A stretch of 57,432 nucleotides of DNA, taken from contig JBLYYR010000051.1 of NCBI GenBank assembly GCA_048550195.1, positions 1 through 57,432 on the forward strand, in the 5' to 3' direction. Source of the stretch: Arenicellales bacterium (GTDB lineage: Bacteria; Pseudomonadota; Gammaproteobacteria; BMS3Bbin11). A model generated the notes under the pieces. That model was not told the origin of the DNA and searched no databases. It saw nothing but the letters and a program-made list of their open reading frames with translations. Positions 28,195 to 36,845 of the stretch are shown in pieces. Position numbers and translations under genes: made by a program. Position 1 is the stretch's first letter. Each line of letters opens with the position of its first letter.

Positions 28195-29777
28195 CAGCCA
28201 TTTCCTCCACCAGCATCCTCGGTCACACCGCTGTCGGCTGTATCTTCGAGCTGTTTCAATTTCACCAGCTCAGCGCGAAAATCATTCAAATCATTTTCGA
28301 TTTCATTCTTGTCGGTTTCTGCGCCACCGTGTACACGGATACGACTACGATCAGCACGGCCTCGAAGTATCGGTTTACGTTTACCTTCAAAACGCAGTTT
28401 GGTCCAGCGGTTGCCAAATCGGTAGAAACAGTCATTATGCCGGCAGCCGGCTACCATGATACCATCGGCACCGTTTTTTAAAGCATATTCAACCAGTGTT
28501 GGCGGCAGCATACCGCTACAGAGCAGGCGAACGCCTTTTGTATCATCACTGTCCAGGCGGTTAACATTTAATCCGTGGCCACAGCCATAAATCAGTACTT
28601 TTGTTTCGCCCTGCAAAGCAGCTATTGCCTCATTGGTTTGTGAGCGCATTTTATCAACCGAAAGCTGCGGCATATCTATTCCGGTTTTCAGTTCTTCTTT
28701 TCGTGAGCGGAAGGGATTAGATGAAGGACAGGAACCTGCACAAATCCCGCATGCGGCACACAATGCTGGGTCGACAACCACTTCCTTGTCAAATTTTGCA
28801 CCATCAGTTCGTGCCTGTACCGAGATTGCATCAAAAGGGCAATCATCAAAACACAACTCACAACCATTACAATGATCAAGGTCAACCACCGCTTTTGGGC
28901 CCTCCTTCTTCGGTGGCAGCCACGGTAATAATATTAAAAACCACGTTATGCTTATTGTCAGAATCCAGACCTGGCCTTCCGTCCAGTAGTCAAGCAACGG
29001 GTAAACATTAAGATAAAACCAGTCAAGATTTATCACCTGCGGCATGCTGCTCAGGTCGGCAGGAGCATGACTAACAGCCGGCTTTGCAAAGGACAACGCC
29101 AGTAAAGCCAATAAGGTACCGATAGCGAGACCACGCGGAGGATTTATCTCAACATTGGATAAACGTTTTACGTGCAGCCATAACATAAATGCCAGTAACA
29201 ACGGCTGACCCAGAAGATGTAAAAATTCGATCAAAATAAAAAAACGGTCAGTCATTTCACCGGCGACAAAATTGCGTGTCATGGTGCTGGGAAATAACGG
29301 TAATGCATCCAGCAATCGGGCTGAACCAACCGCAACATATTGCGCCATTTCATCCCACACCAGCCAGTAACCGGTTATGCCTAGAGTAATAATAACCCAC
29401 AGGTTTGGCACACCGGTCACCCAGGAGAACCAGCGGAAGCCACGATAACGACCAGAGGCAAACTCTTTGAACATGTGTAACAAAACCGTAATGATGACGG
29501 CGTCAGATGCATAGCGGTGCAGACTGCGCATAACGCCAGCGGCATACCACTGATCATGCGTAATGTATTCTACTGAGGCGTGGGCACCATCCAGACTACC
29601 GTGAAAGGGAATGAACAGATAGACTCCCGTCACCAGAATCACCCAGAACAGGAAAAAAGATAAGGTGCCCAGATGATACAAAGGATTCCACTGGGTACCA
29701 AATGAAAGGTTAAACCAGGACTCCAGAGCCAGATAGACTCGCTTGACAGGGTTAACTAACACTGAGAAATGTTCCAA
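28194..29777 (-). CDS. Fusion protein: diheme cytochrome b (bc1/b6 type) + 2x[4Fe-4S] ferredoxin + MvhD/FlpD-like domain
   Basis: About six TM helices, with SLH-x13-H (helix B) and FLH-x14-H (helix D). Next come CNGCELCFDDCP and CAACGICAGSCP. The final domain reads IYGCGHG...LLCSGMLPP...GADGIMVAGCRHNDCFYRFGN. The start is TTG at 29777 or GTG at 29762. Confidence 0.8.
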   Translation of the reverse strand: MEHFSVLVNPVKRVYLALESWFNLSFGTQWNPLYHLGTLSFFLFWVILVTGVYLFIPFHGSLDGAHASVEYITHDQWYAAGVMRSLHRYASDAVIITVLLHMFKEFASGRYRGFRWFSWVTGVPNLWVIITLGITGYWLVWDEMAQYVAVGSARLLDALPLFPSTMTRNFVAGEMTDRFFILIEFLHLLGQPLLLAFMLWLHVKRLSNVEINPPRGLAIGTLLALLALSFAKPAVSHAPADLSSMPQVINLDWFYLNVYPLLDYWTEGQVWILTISITWFLILLPWLPPKKEGPKAVVDLDHCNGCELCFDDCPFDAISVQARTDGAKFDKEVVVDPALCAACGICAGSCPSSNPFRSRKEELKTGIDMPQLSVDKMRSQTNEAIAALQGETKVLIYGCGHGLNVNRLDSDDTKGVRLLCSGMLPPTLVEYALKNGADGIMVAGCRHNDCFYRFGNRWTKLRFEGKRKPILRGRADRSRIRVHGGAETDKNEIENDLNDFRAELVKLKQLEDTADSGVTEDAGGGNG

Positions 29778-29867
29778 AATTAGACGGGACCAAAATTATA
29801 TCACCGTTTCCTAATAAACGTGTTGATCCATATCAAACCGGTATGACCCTGATGATCGTACTGAACA

Positions 29868-30710
29868 TTACCCTTCAGATGATTTTTTACCCTTGCGCCA
29901 TTCACGGCCTATAAAAGTCACAATAAAGAAAATGACGGTAATGCCAACAAAGATTTCTACAAAAAACGAATAGTCAAAATAATATCCATCACTACGTGGG
30001 TCATAGGTAGTGCAAAACAGTTTAATTTTATCGCTCAACCCTGAAAAAAATGACTGCTCAGGTTTGGGTCTCCCCAGCACCAGTTCAAGTAGCGGGTCAA
30101 CCAGTAGTGGTGTATCAAAAACCTGTCCATAAACCTGCCGGTAGACTTTGCCATCAGCATCAATAACCGTTGCCTGAATTAAGTGGTCAAAACCACTTGC
30201 TGTCGGATAATAAAGAAAGCCCAGGTCTTCTGATAAAGCGCCTAAATCTTCTTCAGCAACACTCAACAGATTCCATTTTTTATTACTGATGCCCTGTTTA
30301 TTAGCAAAATATTGCATCGCATCAGGTGTATCAACGCTGGTATCAAAACCAATAACTGCAACAGAGAAACTATCTTCGCCCAATGCATCGCGTGCCTTCT
30401 CCACCACTTTAGACAGGTGCCGGGTGGTCATCGGGCATATCTGATAACAACTGGTGTAAACCATGCTCAATACCAGCGGTTTGCCACGAAAGTCATCCAG
30501 TGTTACCGGCTTGCCTTCAGCATTGATAAAGGCATGGTTAGCTAGCTGTTGGCCAATTGCTGACTGACTGGTTTTTAGTGCCGTATCGTAATCGAATTCC
30601 TGTTTGACCTCTTTATTAATTGGTACTTCCGCAGAAAGAAAATCTACCCCAGCAACACGGAATGGGATTATAAGCAGCAAAAGACAGCTTAATATAATGG
30701 TATATCGCAT
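29868..30710 (-). CDS. SCO1/SenC-family copper chaperone with C-terminal TM extension
   Basis: Signal peptide, thioredoxin-like CYQICP (CXXXC) motif, and a C-terminal hydrophobic helix. Confidence 0.85.
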   Translation of the reverse strand: MRYTIILSCLLLLIIPFRVAGVDFLSAEVPINKEVKQEFDYDTALKTSQSAIGQQLANHAFINAEGKPVTLDDFRGKPLVLSMVYTSCYQICPMTTRHLSKVVEKARDALGEDSFSVAVIGFDTSVDTPDAMQYFANKQGISNKKWNLLSVAEEDLGALSEDLGFLYYPTASGFDHLIQATVIDADGKVYRQVYGQVFDTPLLVDPLLELVLGRPKPEQSFFSGLSDKIKLFCTTYDPRSDGYYFDYSFFVEIFVGITVIFFIVTFIGREWRKGKKSSEG

Positions 30711-30739
30711 AATAAATCTATTGTGGGTCTAACTGGCAG

Positions 30740-31603
30740 TTAAGCGAGAAAATAGACGTCAAGAAGAGCGCCAACGAGAAGCAGCACCAACTGTACCAGT
30801 GAGGCAAAAAAGCTCTTCATTGCAACCTCTGGCGAAGGATCGAGGATCATTTTATAATTTTGATAAATAAAATACCCCCCCCCGATGACAGCGCCTGTAA
30901 GATAAATCCAGTTCAAACCATAATAATATGGCAGTATAGAAATACCAACCAGGATCAGAGTATTGCCCATCACCACAATCGCAGTCGACTTGTCCCCGAT
31001 CACAACCGGTAACATGGGTATGCCGGCTTTGGCATAATCCTGATGCTTGGCAATGGCCAGACTCCAGAAATGTGAAGGTGTCCAGAAAAACAGGACGAGT
31101 GCCAACAAAACAGGCACCGGGCTCAAAACCGGATCTACAGCAGCGGCACCTGCAAGCACAGCAAAACTGCCTGATGCACCGCCAATAACTATATTCATCC
31201 AGGTGCGGCGCTTCAGCCATACCGTGTAGATGATGGCATAAAAGAAAGCACCTAAAAAGATATAAGATGCAGCCGCAGTGCTTAAAAATATAGCTGCGGA
31301 ACCCACACCTGCGCCCAATAGCGACAATATAAACAATATCCACAACGGACTTTTATGGAAGCGACCGGTTACAAACGGTCGGTCTTTTGTGCGTTGCATC
31401 ACACTGTCGAGGTCAACCTCAAAGTACTGGTTAAACGCACCCGCGCTACCTGCAGAGATAAGTACAGCAAACGCCAGCACCAGAATCTGCATACTATCAA
31501 GCGCCGGTCCCGGCGTGACGACCATGGCAACCAGTGCTGTGAGCATCATGATAACGCCAATACGCAGTTTTAAGAGATTTGATATTTGTTTGAACATATC
31601 CAT
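30740..31603 (-). CDS. ctaB: Protoheme IX farnesyltransferase (heme O synthase)
   Basis: 287 aa polytopic UbiA-family protein with typical CyoE/CtaB regions (NQYFEVDLDSVMQRTKDRP). Confidence 0.9.
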   Translation of the reverse strand: MDMFKQISNLLKLRIGVIMMLTALVAMVVTPGPALDSMQILVLAFAVLISAGSAGAFNQYFEVDLDSVMQRTKDRPFVTGRFHKSPLWILFILSLLGAGVGSAAIFLSTAAASYIFLGAFFYAIIYTVWLKRRTWMNIVIGGASGSFAVLAGAAAVDPVLSPVPVLLALVLFFWTPSHFWSLAIAKHQDYAKAGIPMLPVVIGDKSTAIVVMGNTLILVGISILPYYYGLNWIYLTGAVIGGGYFIYQNYKMILDPSPEVAMKSFFASLVQLVLLLVGALLDVYFLA

Positions 31604-31708
31604 TAACGGCTTCTCATAATACAGTAATGCGAACGGCTTACGCCGTCTTTAGGAAGTTTAAATCCTGTCGGTAGTTTCAGCCGCAAATTACCAGCATTAT
31701 TTACTGGC

Positions 31709-31750
31709 GAAAAAAAACGCGGGACAAGCTTCGCTCATCCCACGTTTTTC
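31709..31750 (-). terminator. Hairpin terminator between oxidase subunit I and ctaB
   Basis: AACGCGGGA (31716-31724) pairs with TCCCACGTT (31738-31746). T/A runs lie on both sides. Confidence 0.55.
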
Positions 31751-31765
31751 AACAAGCTTACAATA

Positions 31766-33496
31766 CTAACTAAGCGGCCAGACAGATGCCAGATAGTCCC
31801 AGTTGATAAAGTAGTAAACAACAAAACACACCAGTAGCGCCATCGCAAGAACAAATGTTCCCGGGGCTTCAAAACCAGCAGAACCGTGTTGCTCTACCAC
31901 TGGTGGAGCCATTGGTAAACGCTCAGGTTGATCAATGGTATAGGCATTTGCCGCCAATGGCACACCAAAGCTCTGCAGGAAACCAGCCTCTGGAGCCAGC
32001 TTCTTACCGAATAGTAAAGTACCTACAGTAACGATCAGATACATCGCACCACCGACAACACCCAGTACACCACCGATAGCACCCACCGCCATCATCAGGT
32101 AGGCCGTGCCTGGATATTCAAAGCTTAATGCAGCGCCGGTAAAATCCATGTCCCAGTGACGGCGTGATACACCAAGAGTACCTGCACCCAGCATGAACAG
32201 AATCATCATCGTCATGCCGCCACCGAATACATAAGGCTGCATTTTAGCCACCCAGGGCAGAATCATTGCACGTCTGAATAACAGTGGAAGTAAAAGGTAG
32301 GTCAAAGCCATAAATGTCAGCGTAGTACCTGTCACTACGGTAGCGTGGAAATGAGCCGGTACATAAATGGTGTTATGAATGATCAGGTTAATCTGCTCAG
32401 TACCCATAACTACGCCGGTTATACCGCCAATGAAACCAAAGGTAACCAGCGATATGAAGAAACCAGAGAAGACCGGATTGCCCCATGGTGCTTTGCGTAA
32501 CCACTCAAACAGACCCTTGGTATAACCTTTGCCTCGTTGCGCAACTTCCATCGCACCCGGAACAGTCAGACCGTGGATCATACTGGCCAATACGGCAAGA
32601 TACATCGCATAACTGGTGTTAAATACTTTCCACTCAGAGCTTATGCCTGGATCAACCAGAATGTGGTGAGCACTGGCTAACTGCAGGAAGAAGATATAAA
32701 GCAGGAACGCACTGCGGCTGACTTTCTCTGACATCGGACGGGCACCGAATAAAACGCCGGTGATCAGATACCAGACAGAAACGTGAGCGGCGACGTTAAT
32801 CTGCTGAGAAGAGTGACCCATACCCCACCAGATAACACGGTACATTTCTGCATCAATATGATTGATATAACCGATAGACCAGAGGAAAGTCGGTACCAGA
32901 ATGATTGCACCACTGGCAATGGTGAAAACAGCAATAATGGCCGCTGTCAGCGCACCAAAGGTTACCAGCGGAATAGAGCCATCATAGGTTTTATCCTCTT
33001 TGGCGATAACCAATGTGCCAAGAAAGACGAAACAGCCGATTAATGCACCCACGGCAAACAGGATTAAGCCCAGATAGAAGTGGGGCTCTGCCTGCATCGG
33101 TACATAGGAGGTCATCATTACGCTTGAATTGCCCTGCATCACTGCGACGTTGTTCATCACTGCACCGACAAGCATCAGCACAAACCCTGTCCAGGCCCAC
33201 CGTGGCGCAGCCAGTCGCGTACGCAACAGCGTCGACGAGGCAAAATACAGGATCGCAATTTCAAAGAAAATAATCCAGAAGATCAGCGCATTAATACCAT
33301 GCGAAGTCAGTACCTGGTAGAACATATCTGCTGGCAGCAAATGTACTTCCTGCCAGCGAGTCAAAACGACACCCAGTGCCATTATTCCGGCAACCAGCAG
33401 TGCTACAGCACCCGCCACGGCATTCGCCTTCATCAGGCTTTCAGCAGACTTGTCAAAAAAGAAACCCGTATCCGGGCAAACCCTGAATTTTGCCAT
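31766..33496 (-). CDS. Heme-copper oxidoreductase subunit I, B-family (ba3)-like, lacking the cross-link Tyr
   Basis: 576 aa. Motifs are TSHGINALIFW, WWGMGHSSQQINV, LASAHHILVDPG, GLFEWLRKAPWGNPVF and YVPAHFHATV. By eye these align closely with Thermus ba3 subunit I as I recall it. Confidence 0.9.
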   Translation of the reverse strand: MAKFRVCPDTGFFFDKSAESLMKANAVAGAVALLVAGIMALGVVLTRWQEVHLLPADMFYQVLTSHGINALIFWIIFFEIAILYFASSTLLRTRLAAPRWAWTGFVLMLVGAVMNNVAVMQGNSSVMMTSYVPMQAEPHFYLGLILFAVGALIGCFVFLGTLVIAKEDKTYDGSIPLVTFGALTAAIIAVFTIASGAIILVPTFLWSIGYINHIDAEMYRVIWWGMGHSSQQINVAAHVSVWYLITGVLFGARPMSEKVSRSAFLLYIFFLQLASAHHILVDPGISSEWKVFNTSYAMYLAVLASMIHGLTVPGAMEVAQRGKGYTKGLFEWLRKAPWGNPVFSGFFISLVTFGFIGGITGVVMGTEQINLIIHNTIYVPAHFHATVVTGTTLTFMALTYLLLPLLFRRAMILPWVAKMQPYVFGGGMTMMILFMLGAGTLGVSRRHWDMDFTGAALSFEYPGTAYLMMAVGAIGGVLGVVGGAMYLIVTVGTLLFGKKLAPEAGFLQSFGVPLAANAYTIDQPERLPMAPPVVEQHGSAGFEAPGTFVLAMALLVCFVVYYFINWDYLASVWPLS

Positions 33497-33497
33497 T

Positions 33498-34037
33498 TTA
33501 ATTCTCCGTCACAATGATTTTGCCAAGCATGGTATGGTGGCCGATGCCGCAATATTCGTTACAAACAACAGCAAAATCACCTGCCTGATCAGGGGTCATG
33601 GTGACAACCATTTCATAGCCAGGAATAATTTGCAGGTTAATATTTACAGGCTGTAAAGAAAAACCATGGTTCCAGTCCATCGATGAAAGATGCACACGAT
33701 AGGACTGATCCTTTTCCAGTTCGAAAATTGGATACCACTGCCATAACCTGCCCAGCATATAAATATCGCTGCCAGCCGGTGGACGTACAATAGGAATGCC
33801 GGCTTCCTCACCGACCTTGTATTTCTCGACCATTTCATCGACCCTGGCCTGAAATTTTGCCGGTGTCGTCTGATAGGCTTCGTTAGAAAGGTTTTGTTTA
33901 CCGTAGATATGCCAGTAAGGCATCATGAAAAACATGATTAAACACCACACCAGTGCAATGCCTATCCACACAATCTCCTCTTTACCAACCGGGACATTCC
34001 ACCAGATCCGCTCTGAAGGGGGTAAAAATGAAGTCAT
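33498..34037 (-). CDS. Heme-copper oxidoreductase subunit II with complete CuA site
   Basis: ATG at 34037 is preceded by AAGGAG. It has one TM helix and a cupredoxin domain with DWNHGF and CNEYCGIGHHTM. The stop lies 1 nt from the subunit I ATG. Confidence 0.85.
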   Translation of the reverse strand: MTSFLPPSERIWWNVPVGKEEIVWIGIALVWCLIMFFMMPYWHIYGKQNLSNEAYQTTPAKFQARVDEMVEKYKVGEEAGIPIVRPPAGSDIYMLGRLWQWYPIFELEKDQSYRVHLSSMDWNHGFSLQPVNINLQIIPGYEMVVTMTPDQAGDFAVVCNEYCGIGHHTMLGKIIVTEN

Positions 34038-34048
34038 TGATATTCTCC

Positions 34049-34207
34049 TTAAGGTGCGACAGGTATAGTGGCGATTTCCATGACTCCCCACAATATATAG
34101 AAAACTGTGGGCATGGCGATACCGATGAACAGTAACAGGAATGGGTTATCGAGCATCCTCTGAAAAAATGGGATTTTCTCTGGTTTAGGGATATCTTCCT
34201 CGGACAT
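34049..34207 (-). CDS. Unlisted 52-aa single-TM ORF (possible subunit IIa-like small subunit)
   Basis: MSEEDIPKPEKIPFFQRMLDNPFLLLFIGIAMPTVFYILWGVMEIATIPVAP. It ends 11 nt before the subunit II ATG. It is too short for the ORF track, and the listed 34091 start of subunit II runs through it in another frame. Confidence 0.5.
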   Translation of the reverse strand: MSEEDIPKPEKIPFFQRMLDNPFLLLFIGIAMPTVFYILWGVMEIATIPVAP

Positions 34208-34378
34208 AAGTTAAGTCTCCTGGTTTTTTTATGTTTTAGTGGCCACTAACTGTAGTATTTCTACAATAACCTCTCCCGCAGCCTATGAAATAGGCCTATA
34301 CAGACCAAATGACGCCCTTTACTGCGTCAAATGGCTCATTCAGTTGTTCAGATTACTACACACAGAGTGTGATATTAC

Positions 34379-34392
34379 TTGATCTATGTCAA
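34379..34392. promoter_or_regulatory. FNR/DNR-type box TTGAT-CTAT-GTCAA
   Basis: 9 of 10 match to TTGAT-N4-ATCAA, in the divergent region between the oxidase operon and the hemerythrin gene. A weaker TCAAT-CTAC-ATCAA lies at 34399-34412, 20 bp away. Confidence 0.5.
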
Positions 34393-34668
34393 ATGTCCTC
34401 AATCTACATCAAAAATAACGTCAAAACTCTAACACGAATATTGTCAATATCCACTAACTACCGAATAAATAACGGCTACTTGACCTGCATCATAGATAGC
34501 GACACGCAATAATTATATCCTGCAAAGCCACTGACCAGTACAAATACTGCTTGAAGGGGATATAACGATATCCTGCAAGATATAATCAGCAGTATCATTT
34601 AAGACGATTACAATATAATACAAAACGGATCGTGTAGAGCGGTCTTAATCTTACACAGGAACCTGTTG

Positions 34669-35145
34669 ATGGCATTAATTGAATGGCGAGAAGAGTTTTG
34701 CACCGGTGTACCGGGCGTCGATTTCGAACACCAGGAGCTCATAAACGAGATCAATTCGATCTTTGCATTGATTGATGACAGGGCAGATAAGGACGATGTG
34801 CTAGATAGCCTGGGTGATATTTATGGAAGTATATCGGCTCATTTTGCACTGGAAGAGCAGATGATGGAAAAGCACAATTATGATCATTTCAAGGAACATC
34901 AGGCTGATCACGAACGCCTGCTTGATGAAATTCGTGACATTACCATTGAATTTGAAAATGCTACTGAACTGGACGCGGAGAAATTCACCCAAAAACTGAA
35001 CGACTGGTTCCAGCTACATTTTGGGACACATGATTCACGTTTACACGGTCTGGCACACTTGATAAATCATCAAACGGTTAGCGAATCAACACTGAAAACG
35101 ATGATACGTAACGCAAAAAATGCTTTCTTGACCAAGACAGGGTGA
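34669..35145 (+). CDS. Bacteriohemerythrin
   Basis: IEWREEFCTGVPGVDFEHQELI, HFALEE, HQADH and WFQLHFGTHD motifs. ATG at 34669 (the listed start at 34666 is TTG). Confidence 0.8.
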   Translation: MALIEWREEFCTGVPGVDFEHQELINEINSIFALIDDRADKDDVLDSLGDIYGSISAHFALEEQMMEKHNYDHFKEHQADHERLLDEIRDITIEFENATELDAEKFTQKLNDWFQLHFGTHDSRLHGLAHLINHQTVSESTLKTMIRNAKNAFLTKTG

Positions 35146-35206
35146 GGTTCTCTGGCTAAACAGACTTATCACGACTATTAAAACTATTTGAACGAGCATT
35201 TACCCA

Positions 35207-35719
35207 ATGAGAAACCCTTTACTAAAAATTTTGTTTACCGGCTTATTAACTGTACTGACCGTATTCCCTGGGATTTCCCATGCACTGCAGGCAACAGATA
35301 ACACGAGCATCTTTAATGGTTATTATGCTCGCGCAGGCAACAATGGCAGCCCGTCAAGAACACTCCATCATAATGTCTATATGAAACTGTATGCAGACGA
35401 AGGTCAGCAATGGGTTGCATTGCTGCATATTCCGCTGCCTTATGGCTCCACTGTTGATGAGGCCGTTATCCCAGAAATTTTCAAAAAAATCCGTAAACAG
35501 CTAAATTCCAGTTCTTTCGTCAGGGACACCTTTGGCTATTTAGATGAAAAAGCAACCGTACAGTTTGAACGGTTTGGTTACATTCAGGATAAAATCATTT
35601 TCGAATGCGGCTCGCTGGCTCCCTGCACGATCAGACCGGCTGATGGTTATCTGGAGCTAATAAAACCAGGAATGATCAATGAGCATATCATCAAGTACGA
35701 TCACGTGGTTACGCAGTAA
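35207..35719 (+). CDS. Secreted protein of unknown function
   Basis: 170 aa with a signal peptide ending ISHA-LQ. I recognise no family. Confidence 0.55.
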   Translation: MRNPLLKILFTGLLTVLTVFPGISHALQATDNTSIFNGYYARAGNNGSPSRTLHHNVYMKLYADEGQQWVALLHIPLPYGSTVDEAVIPEIFKKIRKQLNSSSFVRDTFGYLDEKATVQFERFGYIQDKIIFECGSLAPCTIRPADGYLELIKPGMINEHIIKYDHVVTQ

Positions 35720-35756
35720 GCATCAGAGCAACACTTTATAAGAAACAGGACAAATC

Positions 35757-36398
35757 ATGACCAGCAAAAAAATACCTATTGGCACAATTGTTATATTTGG
35801 ATTTTTTTTGATTACCATGGTTGCTGCTTATTTTCTGACGAAACCATCACCGCCACCAGCAGAACTGGCGGGCGTACTTCGTCCGGACTTTAAACTACTT
35901 CAACCATTCGAACTGACAGACCACAACAATACAGTGTTCAACGAGAAAAACCTTCTGGATAAATGGAGTTTTGTGTTTTTTGGTTTCACTTCCTGCCCCC
36001 ATATCTGCCCTACAACATTGAATGTTCTGAATTCGGTTCATGGTTTACTGGTAGAGGAAACAGGTGAAATCCCTGATGACATGCAGGTGGTCTTTATCTC
36101 GGTAGACCCAGATCGTGATAGCATCGAAAAAATCGCGGGTTATATTACGAAATTCAATAAAGACTTTATCGGTACAGGAGCAGACAAGGCAAAAATCGAC
36201 AAAGTAGCCCGACAATTTGGTTCTGGTTATGTCAAAGACCCGGAAACCTCTGCTGGCGAATACAACGTCTCACACACCAGTGCAATATTTCTGGTAGACC
36301 CTTATGGTCGACTGGTAGCTACTTTTTCACAGCCACACCAGCCGTCTACCATCGCCTCGCAGTATAATAAAATACGAAAGTATTTTTCCTGGGACTAA
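35757..36398 (+). CDS. SCO1/SenC-family copper chaperone (second paralog)
   Basis: N-terminal TM anchor, FGFTSCPHICP (CXXXC), and a downstream conserved His (SHTSAIFLVD). Confidence 0.85.
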   Translation: MTSKKIPIGTIVIFGFFLITMVAAYFLTKPSPPPAELAGVLRPDFKLLQPFELTDHNNTVFNEKNLLDKWSFVFFGFTSCPHICPTTLNVLNSVHGLLVEETGEIPDDMQVVFISVDPDRDSIEKIAGYITKFNKDFIGTGADKAKIDKVARQFGSGYVKDPETSAGEYNVSHTSAIFLVDPYGRLVATFSQPHQPSTIASQYNKIRKYFSWD

Positions 36399-36614
36399 CT
36401 AAACGGTATCGTTACGCCCTTTCCGCTTATCTGCCTTTTTCCACGCCCTGAAAGCCCAGATAAAATACGCAGATATCATTACGATGTTGATGACGCCGCC
36501 TATCAGATAAAAATTATTGGTGAGATCTTTTTCCTCAGCAGCTGGAACAGATACAGGCTGCTCTGTGTAAAGATTAACGGTGTTCTTGGCGGGAGATAGT
36601 TCTGTTGTATTCAT
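36399..36614 (-). CDS. Small single-TM protein
   Basis: 71 aa with one hydrophobic helix and a basic C-terminus. It is divergent from the 458-aa HCO-like gene. Confidence 0.4.
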   Translation of the reverse strand: MNTTELSPAKNTVNLYTEQPVSVPAAEEKDLTNNFYLIGGVINIVMISAYFIWAFRAWKKADKRKGRNDTV

Positions 36615-36695
36615 AAGAATTATTCAACCACTCTATTTCGTGGTCATGTGGTTAATATATTTCACGAACTCTATCCTGTGTTTAATCATAAAACA

Positions 36696-36709
36696 ATGAT
36701 ATAGGTCAA
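36696..36709. promoter_or_regulatory. Weaker FNR-like box ATGAT-ATAG-GTCAA
   Basis: 8 of 10 match to TTGAT-N4-ATCAA, about 137 nt upstream of the ATG at 36846. Confidence 0.35.
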
Positions 36710-36845
36710 ACAACGGTATTGGGTCGTTGTCTTTAAGGTATCAGCAGATGCATTGAAGCTTGAATGCCATTACAATATCGTCAACATTTGTGACTCTGCC
36801 ACCTTAAGCAAGCCCTACTAACAAAATAGTTTTAGTAAACCCACC

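Noticed and set aside
30852-31343. 163-aa Cys/Arg-rich ORF in an alternative frame of ctaB. The same applies to 4924..5382 inside proA.
   Set aside because: These are same-strand out-of-frame ORFs within clearly conserved genes.
31766-34037. Annotating the subunit I/II pair as an ordinary ba3-type cytochrome c oxidase
   Set aside because: The overall similarity to ba3 is obvious, but H-P-x-V-Y is replaced by H-S-S-Q-Q. I therefore did not assign O2 reductase function. The alternative NO reductase role is still only a hypothesis.
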